Below, piece after piece: positions 1 through 8,006 of a stretch of 24,931 bases of DNA; position 1 is the stretch's first letter, and every line of letters begins with the position of its first letter. The notes under the pieces were generated by a model that saw only the letters and a program-made list of their open reading frames with translations, was not told where the DNA came from and did no database searches. The stretch is from Candidatus Methanomethylicia archaeon (lineage in GTDB: Archaea > Thermoproteota > Methanomethylicia > Nezhaarchaeales > B40-G2), in contig JAPDJI010000022.1 in the NCBI GenBank assembly GCA_029259155.1, forward strand, positions 1 through 24,931, written 5' to 3'. The translations under genes were made by a program, and so were the position numbers.

Positions 1-391
1 CAGCAACTTCACATATATTTTCCAAACCTAAAACTTAAGTACTTCACATGCATTATCCAGTATGAGTTGGAATAAATAAGCGATAAAAAAGGAAAAAGGA
101 AGGTTATTTTAAATGGTATGATGTTGAAAAAATTAAGTGTATTTATACTTGTGATTTAACGCCCGCCGGGGCTCTTAAGTAACGTGAAGCCTTACATCAT
201 CAGGGCCATGTCGAATCCAGAGGCTTCCAGTCTTCTACGCCAAGGTGAAGACCTTCGATTCTACTCGCTCAAAAATAGTTTAATAAGTTAAGCTGCTTCA
301 ATTCGTTGAAGCCTAAATAGCGAATACCCTGAGCGTAGGCTATTAGCTTCACCTCTAAATAGAAGAGGCTGTCCTCCGTGGGGAGGGTAGG

Positions 392-490
392 ATGTACCTA
401 GTGGGAGGCATTCTCTGTGGAGGGTTAGGGAAAAGGCTTAAATACTGATCATCGTAGGATATGATTCCTATCCTTTCAGTGGGAGACCAC
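392..490 (+). pseudogene. Remnant N-terminus of a sugar-phosphate nucleotidyltransferase-like gene
   Basis: ATG392 follows GGGAGGG and reads MYLVGGILCGGLGKRLKY*, which carries the ILxGGxGxRL NTP-transferase signature. The frame continues through two stops into DMIPILSVGDH. Confidence 0.5.
430..444 (+). promoter_or_regulatory. Putative BRE-TATA promoter for the ECF S-component operon
   Basis: GAAAAGG-CTTAAATA lies about 50 nt upstream of ATG491. Confidence 0.45.
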
Positions 491-1039
491 ATGAAAGGTG
501 CCAGGGTAGCGCTCACAGCCATGTTCACTGCTCTATCCACAGCATCAGCTTACGCCACCTCTACGTTGCCCAACGTAAGCCTCATGGACGTAGTGGTCTT
601 CATAGCTGGCTGGACGCTCGGCGCTAGAGGTGGAGCTTTGGTTGGAGCCTTGAGCTGGTGCATTTATGGTCTAATAAACCCCTATGGCTTTAACCCCGCT
701 GTGTGGATGGCCACCATAACTATGGAGCCTTTCTATGGAGTTGCAGGCGGGTTTGCTAGGAAAGTTCTAGAGCTTGAGGATGGAGTTAAGCTAAAGCATC
801 TCCTATTCCTAGGAGCTATAGGCTTTATAATCACCTTCATCTACGACGTAGCAACCAATGTTATCTACGCATATGCCTTCAACGTACCCCTTCTAATTGC
901 CCTTGCACTAGGAGCCCCCTTCGCTCTACTACATGAAGGTAGTAACCTCATACTTTTCACGTCTATCGCGCCTCCCGCTATGAAAGCTATTGATAAGTTC
1001 ACAAAACCCTTGGAGGTGATTAAACTTGAAGCGAAATGA
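491..1039 (+). CDS. ECF transporter S component (CbrT-like, possibly cobalamin)
   Basis: About 182 aa, hydrophobic, with an N-terminal AMFTAL motif and PNVSLMDVVVFIAGWTLG. Start moved to ATG491, which has GGGAG upstream. Confidence 0.75.
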   Translation: MKGARVALTAMFTALSTASAYATSTLPNVSLMDVVVFIAGWTLGARGGALVGALSWCIYGLINPYGFNPAVWMATITMEPFYGVAGGFARKVLELEDGVKLKHLLFLGAIGFIITFIYDVATNVIYAYAFNVPLLIALALGAPFALLHEGSNLILFTSIAPPAMKAIDKFTKPLEVIKLEAK

Positions 1040-1523
1040 AGTTTGGAAGTTAGTTGCCCTCTTAACCTTATGTTGGGCTATAATATCCACGTCGCTAGCA
1101 AGCTACTATTATGTACTATCTACCATTCAACCATCTCCTTCATCCATGGAGCTTGGAAGAGTTGTACTGATCATAGACTACGGGAACAAAACTGTACAGA
1201 TCTTCAACTTAACAACGACTCTACCTTCGTCACTCTTTAACCTGACGGTCGCTGTAGCTGAAGTCGAGTATAGCACCTTCGCAGGGATCGAAGGGGTTTT
1301 CATAGATTCCATTAATGGGGTCAGTAGCGACTATGTTAACAATAGATACTGGACGTGGTGGATATGGAACGGAGAGGAGTGGGTTGAAGGACCGGTGGCT
1401 GCTGACCTATACATGGTCGGTGAAGGACAAATTATATGTTGGTATTACTCAAGCTTCGATCCATCAACGTTCATATCAGAGAAACCGCATCTAAGGATCT
1501 ACACGATGGAATTAAGGGAATAG
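1026..1523 (+). CDS. Membrane-anchored DUF4430/transcobalamin-like domain protein
   Basis: N-terminal TM helix; GVFIDSINGV...YWTWWIWNG...GPVAADLY motif; GGAGGTGA RBS; overlaps the ECF gene. Confidence 0.75.
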   Translation: MKRNEVWKLVALLTLCWAIISTSLASYYYVLSTIQPSPSSMELGRVVLIIDYGNKTVQIFNLTTTLPSSLFNLTVAVAEVEYSTFAGIEGVFIDSINGVSSDYVNNRYWTWWIWNGEEWVEGPVAADLYMVGEGQIICWYYSSFDPSTFISEKPHLRIYTMELRE

Positions 1524-1548
1524 TTGAAGAGACTCGAGAGGACAAGAA

Positions 1549-1605
1549 GGCTCAGTCGGGTAAGTTTACCTCATTTCCTCAGCGAAGGCCGAGGACATCA
1601 TAGCC
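1549..1605 (-). ncRNA. Archaeal C/D box 2'-O-methylation guide sRNA
   Basis: Minus strand reads GGC-UA, C box AUGAUG(U), guide CCUCGGCCUUCG, D' CUGA, C' AUGAGG, guide UAAACUUACCCGA, D CUGA, GCC. It is 57 nt with a terminal GGC/GCC stem. The D guide is complementary to conserved 23S UCGGGUAAGUU. BRE-TATA-like GAAAAGTTTTTTA at 1640-1628. Confidence 0.85.
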
Positions 1606-1687
1606 GGATAAGATAGTAGACTGACGGTAAAAAACTTTTCACTTTAAGGAAGCATGAAGCTTAGAAAACTTGAAAGAAGTGTTAAAT

Positions 1688-2581
1688 TTAACATTTAAGC
1701 TTCTTGATAAGGCATTTAACTATCGAAGGAGCAGGGTTAACCTTAGTTACCATGGTTAACTCCTCCCAGTCAGGAGAGCCATTAACCTCCACCACAACAG
1801 GTCCTTCTGGTCCTTCAATAATATCTACGCCAGCATACCAGAGCTCTAGCGCTTCGACAGCTTTTAGTACTATATCCTCAAACTCGCCTTCAAGCTTGCA
1901 TGGCTCTCCTTCACCTCCTTGAGCTATGTTTGTCCTCCACTCCCCCTGAGGAGCATAGCGGTACATGGAGGCTATGATGGAGCCATCAACCACGAAGGCC
2001 CTTATGTCACGTGAAGGTTTAGGCACATATTCTTGAATGTAAAGGGGATGACGAGTAGAAGCTAGGGTTTTAAGTATTCTGAAGGAGACCTCAGGGTGGT
2101 CAACGAGCACAGAGCCAAATCCTCTAGAACCTATGAGCGGCTTTATCACTAACTTTCCCAGCTTCTTAGAATACTCGTAAGCCGTTCTTAGATCCTCACT
2201 AATGCTTGTCTTAGGTATGGGTACGCCTTTCAGCTCAAGTTTATACAGGGTACGGTACTTGTCTCTAGAGGTTAAGAGAGGGTCGAGAGGGTTCATTAAG
2301 GTTACACCATAGGATTCCATATGTTCAAGGAGAGTAATGCGTCGAACCATCTGCTCCACGTTCACTATGGAGCCCAGCGATCTCACGAAAGCTCCATTTA
2401 GGTCGTCGAGGCTTCGAGAACCTGCCCAAAACCTAGGTTTTTCACCTATCCTTGAAGAGATCTTTGAAATCCTGAGGAAAAGTCTTTCAACGCCTTGATC
2501 CTCAAGAGCCTTAAGAATTTCTCGGCAAGGCCAATCAGGGTTGTAAGTATCATGTATGACCGCTATGAGCAAGACTAACAC
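1688..2581 (-). CDS. RimK/LysX/MptN-family ATP-grasp alpha-L-glutamate ligase
   Basis: Motifs DKYRT, VIKPLIGSRGFG, YIQEYV, DIRAFVV, WRTNIAQGG, GVDII, EVNGSP. Confidence 0.9.
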   Translation of the reverse strand: MLVLLIAVIHDTYNPDWPCREILKALEDQGVERLFLRISKISSRIGEKPRFWAGSRSLDDLNGAFVRSLGSIVNVEQMVRRITLLEHMESYGVTLMNPLDPLLTSRDKYRTLYKLELKGVPIPKTSISEDLRTAYEYSKKLGKLVIKPLIGSRGFGSVLVDHPEVSFRILKTLASTRHPLYIQEYVPKPSRDIRAFVVDGSIIASMYRYAPQGEWRTNIAQGGEGEPCKLEGEFEDIVLKAVEALELWYAGVDIIEGPEGPVVVEVNGSPDWEELTMVTKVNPAPSIVKCLIKKLKC

Positions 2582-2633
2582 CCCTTTACCGTTGAGGAAA
2601 CCCTCACCTACTCGATTTAAAAACCCTGCCTAA

Positions 2634-3332
2634 CTATAACTCCATCCTCCACGTAGACAGCGAGTCTAAGTATGCATGTATCTCCTGAATAAAGTTGTTG
2701 AGCTTGGAAATAGGGACAATGGGTATACCTGCATATATTTTCAAGGATTCTTCGAAGAGAGTAACTATAACAGCTGTTAAGATAATCCTCGCCCCATCCT
2801 CCAACCCAAGCCTCTTTTTAAGACCTGGTAGAGTTGAGGTTAAAGCTTCAACCCTCTTGATTTGCCGCTTAACTGCTTCCCTTAACATGGAAGGCTTACC
2901 GCTACGAATCCCCCAACTCTTACAATCGATCGCTAATAGTAGAGGGTACTTAATGGCTAACACGTCAACTTCATGTAGGTGGCCTATAGCTTTAAACCTA
3001 AAGCTTAGTATTGTCCTGAAGCCGTTGAGCTCAAAGACCTTTAAGCAGAGCTTCTCGAAATCTCTCCAATGAAGCCACCTACTGACCGACTCTGGCGAAG
3101 CACCTAGCGATATAGCTTCCAGAGCTAGTCCCAATTTATCCACCACGATCCAAGACCTTTCAGGGCCTCGAAGTTCCATGAAACCCTTGGTTTTAAGGTC
3201 ACACAACCATTTTTCGATTAAGCTGGAAGGGGCTTGGAGGCTTAAAGCTAGGTCTTCAAGCTTAACCTCTCCTTCCTTGGAGCGTGCTAGTAGCTCCATA
3301 GTAAAAAGCAGCCTTAAGCCTATCTGAGTCAA
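2634..3332 (-). CDS. Winged-helix plus PD-(D/E)xK (Mrr/NERD-like) nuclease-fold protein
   Basis: WRDFEKL, EVDVLA, AIDCKSW motifs and an N-terminal HTH-like segment. Likely TTG start at 3332 just after the ThiF stop (ORF track starts at 3362). Confidence 0.7.
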   Translation of the reverse strand: MTQIGLRLLFTMELLARSKEGEVKLEDLALSLQAPSSLIEKWLCDLKTKGFMELRGPERSWIVVDKLGLALEAISLGASPESVSRWLHWRDFEKLCLKVFELNGFRTILSFRFKAIGHLHEVDVLAIKYPLLLAIDCKSWGIRSGKPSMLREAVKRQIKRVEALTSTLPGLKKRLGLEDGARIILTAVIVTLFEESLKIYAGIPIVPISKLNNFIQEIHAYLDSLSTWRMEL

Positions 3333-3334
3333 AT

Positions 3335-4069
3335 CTACTTTAGGCCTCCACAAACAGGGCACTTAGGGTTTCTGGTCACATTGATACTTAATAAATCTAA
3401 GGTCTCTAAGTCTACTACTAAGAGTTTACCTACGCCGACTTCGCCTATACCTGTTATTATCTTGATTGCTTCAGCTGCCTGCATGCTTCCCATGACCATA
3501 GCTATGGAGCCTAAAACCGGAACGGGTCTAAGTAAGGGAGGGGTATTGGGGATTAGACATCTTAAGCATGGACCTTTGCCAGGTATCACGGTCAATAATC
3601 TACCTTCTAAGCCATGGATGGCAGCATGGATGAAGGGCTTCCGAAACTTGACGCATGTCTCATTAAGGAGAAACCTTGTCTCATAGTTGTCTTGTCCATC
3701 GACCACGATGTCGACATCCCTGACGAAGAGCTCTACGTTCTCCCTATTAATCTCCTTAAAAACCCCTTTAACCTCCACGTCTGGATTAAAGGACTTAAGG
3801 AGCCGAGCGGCCACCTCAGCTTTAGGTTTACCGAGGTCTTCCCCGCGGTAAAGGATTTGCCTATTCAGGTTGCTCATCTCGACTACGTCCTTATCCACCA
3901 GTATGAGCCTACCTATGCCTGCAGCCGCCAAGCTGATGCTTGAAGCGCAACCTAGACCTCCTATTCCAGCTACAAGAACACTGGCCTTCCTTAATTTAAG
4001 TTGGCCTTCCACGCCTAGCTTAGGTATCCTAAGCTGCCTATCGTATCTTTCAAGGCTTGAAGCCTTCAC
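3335..4069 (-). CDS. ThiF/MoeB/HesA family E1-like adenylyltransferase
   Basis: RYDRQ, GIGGLG, SNLNRQ and DGQDN motifs; Zn pairs CLRC and CPVC. Confidence 0.92.
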   Translation of the reverse strand: MKASSLERYDRQLRIPKLGVEGQLKLRKASVLVAGIGGLGCASSISLAAAGIGRLILVDKDVVEMSNLNRQILYRGEDLGKPKAEVAARLLKSFNPDVEVKGVFKEINRENVELFVRDVDIVVDGQDNYETRFLLNETCVKFRKPFIHAAIHGLEGRLLTVIPGKGPCLRCLIPNTPPLLRPVPVLGSIAMVMGSMQAAEAIKIITGIGEVGVGKLLVVDLETLDLLSINVTRNPKCPVCGGLK

Positions 4070-4084
4070 CTATATCACCACTAA

Positions 4085-5107
4085 TTAAAAGACCTGCGCT
4101 GCAAGGAGAGGAGAGGCCATGGAGAAGATGAGGGCTAAGAGGGCTAATGGCAAAACATACCTCCAAAAGAGGAGGAGGGCTTGGTCTACTCTAAACCTAG
4201 CCACCGCCGCCTTTATGGCCGTTAACACCGATACGACAATTACGTATTTAACTAGGAAGGTTAAAGCCGATGCCCATAAAGGCTTGAAGAAAGGTGCTGG
4301 CCCTCCTAGGAATAGGAAGGTTATGAGGGCTGCACCTACGTAAAGCTCCAAGTCGTGGAGCAGTATTATAAGAGCCAGCTTAGGCCCACTATATTCAGTG
4401 AAAGGTCCCGCTACGATTTCTGTTTCAGCTTCAGGTATATCGAAAGGTTTTTCCATCAACTTACACTGGAGCGAGATGAGAGCGGTGGCCAAAGCCAAAG
4501 CCGTTAAGCACGCGGTGTATGGATGAAGCCACAACCTCCAAGAACTAATCGAAGAAGCATAGATTGAGTAGCCTGCGCCATAGAGCAAGCTAGTCAAAGC
4601 TACTGGGGTTAGTATGGAGAGAGCGAAGGCTAATTCATAGGCTATGGTCAACGAGAAAACCCTTGACCCCCCAACGATGCTGAAGGGGTTAGGGCTCAGG
4701 AAGCCGGCGAGGGCCAATGCTACGGTGGGCCAGACAAGTAGATAAAGAGCTAAGACCACGTCGAAGTCAGCCTTAATGACCACGTACCATCCAGTTATGG
4801 AGCGTAAGGGTATAGCTAAGGGAGTCATCAAGAGTATAGCTAGGATAGCCCCTATGGAAACTGTGAGTAAGCCAGCCGTTAATTTATCCCCAGCCCCCTT
4901 CACCACTACATCTTCCTTAAACATCAATTTAAGGAAATCAGCCAGAGGCTGAAGTAGGCCTGAAGGACCAGTATGGAGAGGACCTACACGGTTTTGCATT
5001 CTAGCATATAGCTTCCTGACATACCATTGGGTTAGGAGGATGGCTATTAAGCTGAAAACCAAACCAGGATACACCAAGGTCTCAACGAGTAGTTGTAAGG
5101 CTTCCAT
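4085..5107 (-). CDS. mbhM: Membrane-bound hydrogenase subunit, NuoH/complex I subunit 1 homologue (MbhM)
   Basis: RKLYARMQNRVGP, QPLADFLKL and PFDIPEAETEIVAGPFTEYSG motifs. ATG5107 overlaps the TGA of the upstream gene (TGATG). Confidence 0.9.
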   Translation of the reverse strand: MEALQLLVETLVYPGLVFSLIAILLTQWYVRKLYARMQNRVGPLHTGPSGLLQPLADFLKLMFKEDVVVKGAGDKLTAGLLTVSIGAILAILLMTPLAIPLRSITGWYVVIKADFDVVLALYLLVWPTVALALAGFLSPNPFSIVGGSRVFSLTIAYELAFALSILTPVALTSLLYGAGYSIYASSISSWRLWLHPYTACLTALALATALISLQCKLMEKPFDIPEAETEIVAGPFTEYSGPKLALIILLHDLELYVGAALITFLFLGGPAPFFKPLWASALTFLVKYVIVVSVLTAIKAAVARFRVDQALLLFWRYVLPLALLALIFSMASPLLAAQVF

Positions 5108-5447
5108 CAAGGTACACCACCAGCCGACACCAATATAAATAACATCAAAGCTAGGAACACGTACATCCAGACCAGCCAATCACTAAGTATCCCTGTATGA
5201 AACCTTCCCTTAACCTTCCGTAGAGGGATCTAAAGAGGTTTTTCCATACCGCTACGAAGAGGTTTACGTCAGCTACGCTTGCCTTACGCTCCGGATAGCT
5301 CTCGCCGCAAGCGTAGATGCTAAGCTTATCGCCTATCGGTTTACGAGGAGCTTTACTTCTTGCATATAAGTATAGGAGGTAGAGGATGATGGCGACAGTG
5401 AACATGGAGGCCGAGGCTTTTAATACTTCTATCAATAGCTGCATCAT
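5107..5447 (-). pseudogene. mbhI: MbhI-like subunit with a 1-nt frameshift
   Basis: One frame gives MMQLL...KLSIYACGE...LYGRLREG. After a shift at about 5200-5204 it reads HTGILSDWLVWMYVFLALMLFILVSAGGVP*, ending in a TGATG overlap with mbhM. The span is 341 nt, one base short of 114 codons. Confidence 0.8.
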
Positions 5448-7069
5448 GGAGCACCACCGCCATATAGTACTGATGCAAAATTCTGTGCAGCCTCCACATA
5501 CCCTTGAAGATCTACAGCCGACAACACAGCAGGCTCTACTACCTTGTCCACAACTAAGGGAGCAGCTATCCCTAGCACTATGCATAGTGTTGCTAGGATC
5601 AACATGGGGATTAGCATTGAAGCTGGCGCCTCCTTAATGTTCGATATGTCCGTGGCAGGAGACCTCATATAAACGTTGTATACAACCTTCAAGTATCCAA
5701 GCAAGGATAGAGCGCTCGTTAATATAATGATAGCTATCACAGGAGCCACCCATCCAGCCTCAAGGAAAGCTTGTAGGAGAAGAAGCTTGCTCATAAAACA
5801 GTTAAGAGGAGGAATTCCACTAAGAGCCAAGGCACCTATGGTAAAGGCAGCAGCGGTCCAAGGCATTTGTTTACCCACTCCAGCCAGGTCATCCAGGTTT
5901 CTAGCTCCTACAGCATGTATGAAAGCACCCGCGCAAAGGAAGAGAAGAGCTTTAGCCACAGCGTGATTAATTATGTGAAATACAGCTGCGGTCAAGCCCG
6001 TTAAGGTGGTGCCAGGCATCAGGCTTATGCCGAGGCCCATGGTAATGTAGCCCACGTTGAGTATGGTGCCATAAGCTATCAACCGCTTAATGTCGCGCTG
6101 CACCATGAGCATGAAAGCTCCTATGAGGGCCGAAGCGGAACCTAGTACGAGGGCTATTATGTGAAGAGAATTCAAAGTTAGAGACAGCGCTACAGCTCCA
6201 CCGAAGAGCGTGAACGTGAACCTTATAATGACGTACAGGGACACCTTAACCATGAGGCCTGAAAGCAGCGCAGAAATGGGCGAAGGAGCCGCTGGATGAG
6301 CATCAGGTAGCCAGAAGTGGTTAGGTGCTATAGCAGCCTTCATGGCAAACGCCCAGAACATTAACGCCAAGAACACCCCCGCTCCAAGTACCCAGCCGCT
6401 ATGGCTCGGAGTACCCCCCGTGACAGGGAACACTATGGATGTTGAGGTTTTGGCAGCAAGGTCAGCCATATTGAGGGTCCCGAAAGAGCCGTAGCCGAAG
6501 GCCACGGCGATAAAGTAGAGAGTGGTGGCTAGTGATCCTATAATGGCGTATTTAACCGCAGCCTCAACGGCTTCGTGAGAATCTCGTCTAAACGCTACTA
6601 GACCGTAGGCGGATACCGACATAACCTCGAGCATAACGAAAAGGTTGAAGAAATCACCCGTAAAGAGACATCCCAGCATCCCTGCCTCAAAGCCTAAGAG
6701 CAGCGTGTAGTACCATTCAATGCCGTCATCCTTCTCCATATACCTAACACTATACACAGTCGCTAAGAAGACTACTCCGCTGACGAGGAGGCCTAACAAA
6801 GCATTTAGTTTATCTACTTCATAGACTATACCGACAGGTGGAGGCCATCCTCCAAAGGCGTATACGGTTGGCGTAGCAGATATAAAGAATTGAACGTAAA
6901 ATACTGAAGAGCATAAAACAAACAGTACGAAGGTGGAAGCCACAGCGTAACATTCCCAGACTCTTCTATCTTTAATAACCAAGCTGAGTAAGGGGAGCGC
7001 AAAGGCTAAAGCTACGCCGAGAAGCGGAGGCAGAGCAGCTATATGAGGCCATAAGGGTATTTGCATCAA
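5444..7069 (-). CDS. mbhH: MrpD/MbhH proton-conducting antiporter-like subunit
   Basis: TGDFFNLFVMLEV, HFWLPDAHPAAPSPISALLSG, DIKRLIAY, HAVAKALLF and SGIPPL motifs. Confidence 0.92.
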   Translation of the reverse strand: MMQIPLWPHIAALPPLLGVALAFALPLLSLVIKDRRVWECYAVASTFVLFVLCSSVFYVQFFISATPTVYAFGGWPPPVGIVYEVDKLNALLGLLVSGVVFLATVYSVRYMEKDDGIEWYYTLLLGFEAGMLGCLFTGDFFNLFVMLEVMSVSAYGLVAFRRDSHEAVEAAVKYAIIGSLATTLYFIAVAFGYGSFGTLNMADLAAKTSTSIVFPVTGGTPSHSGWVLGAGVFLALMFWAFAMKAAIAPNHFWLPDAHPAAPSPISALLSGLMVKVSLYVIIRFTFTLFGGAVALSLTLNSLHIIALVLGSASALIGAFMLMVQRDIKRLIAYGTILNVGYITMGLGISLMPGTTLTGLTAAVFHIINHAVAKALLFLCAGAFIHAVGARNLDDLAGVGKQMPWTAAAFTIGALALSGIPPLNCFMSKLLLLQAFLEAGWVAPVIAIIILTSALSLLGYLKVVYNVYMRSPATDISNIKEAPASMLIPMLILATLCIVLGIAAPLVVDKVVEPAVLSAVDLQGYVEAAQNFASVLYGGGAP

Positions 7070-7076
7070 AGCTCAC

Positions 7077-7604
7077 CTACCCGAAAGCTTTACGAGCATA
7101 CCGTTCAAAACCCCTTGTTATTGCATCGAAACATGCCTGCTCATCGGCAGATAGCACGTTTATCCAGTGTATGTAGTAGCGCTTAGTCTCCGTGTTTAAG
7201 TCAACCACCACGGTTCCTGGAGTATTAGTGACAGAGTTAGCCACAGCTACTATTCCATGGTCAGTTTCAACATAATAGGGCACCCTTACTATCCCTGGCT
7301 TTATGGGCATCTTAGGGTGTAGAATCCTCTTCACCACGTCCAAGTGGGCTCGAAGCTCCATAAGGGTAAAGTAATGGAGGGCATAGGCTATTAGCCAAAT
7401 CCATCTCCTAACATCAAATACCTTGCTGGGATGCTTGGTTATCAATACGTCAGCTACTAAAATAGCCGCTATCAAGGATACTATCCCGCCTAGCAGTAAG
7501 TCCATGTATAATGTAGCGGAGGTAGGGGTTGAGTACACAAGGAAAGCAGCATATATGAGGATGAACGCCACGAAGGTCTTTAAGGCCTTAGTCCCAGCCG
7601 ACGT
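7077..7604 (-). CDS. mbhA: Na+/H+ antiporter subunit E (MnhE/MbhA); start uncertain
   Basis: HPKMPIKPGIV, ANSVTNTPGTVVVD and YIHWI motifs. The first canonical start is GTG7571, but the frame is open back to the mbhG stop, with an ACG at 7604 behind GGGGTGA. Confidence 0.85.
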   Translation of the reverse strand, partial: TSAGTKALKTFVAFILIYAAFLVYSTPTSATLYMDLLLGGIVSLIAAILVADVLITKHPSKVFDVRRWIWLIAYALHYFTLMELRAHLDVVKRILHPKMPIKPGIVRVPYYVETDHGIVAVANSVTNTPGTVVVDLNTETKRYYIHWINVLSADEQACFDAITRGFERYARKAFG

Positions 7605-7610
7605 AGCCCT

Positions 7611-8006
7611 TCACCCCCTTAGCCTCGATAATTCCTTCACATGAAGCGTCCTGTACAGCCTATAGGCTTGAATAGATAGGAAAATGAGGAGGGCAGTGAC
7701 CGCCATGTTAATGACTATGGCCGTTATCACTAAACACTGAGGTACAGGGTCCACAGCTGAGCTGACAAAGGTGGCTATGTCTGATGGCGAGGGGTTCAAG
7801 GTGGTTAAGATGGGAGGCACGGTAGCTCCCAGACGGTAGCCTATGAATATCATGAAAGTATTCGCCGTATCAGCCAGGATGGTGAGCGCTATGATCTTTT
7901 TAAGTATATGAGGCCTAACCACAACACCGTAAATGGATATGGAAACGATGGCTAGAAGCACTCCATACATGTATAACCATAGGATCTGCCCTAGGATGCT
8001 CGTCAT
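7611..8006 (-). CDS. mbhG: Na+/H+ antiporter subunit C (MnhC/MbhG)
   Basis: ILKKIIAL and VDPVPQCLVITAIVI motifs. Confidence 0.9.
   Translation of the reverse strand: MTSILGQILWLYMYGVLLAIVSISIYGVVVRPHILKKIIALTILADTANTFMIFIGYRLGATVPPILTTLNPSPSDIATFVSSAVDPVPQCLVITAIVINMAVTALLIFLSIQAYRLYRTLHVKELSRLRG

Noticed and set aside
186-215. C/D sRNA around minus-strand CTGATGATG
   Set aside because: No properly spaced outer C or D box.
290-490. Cobalamin riboswitch
   Set aside because: B12-box and core motifs are not identifiable.
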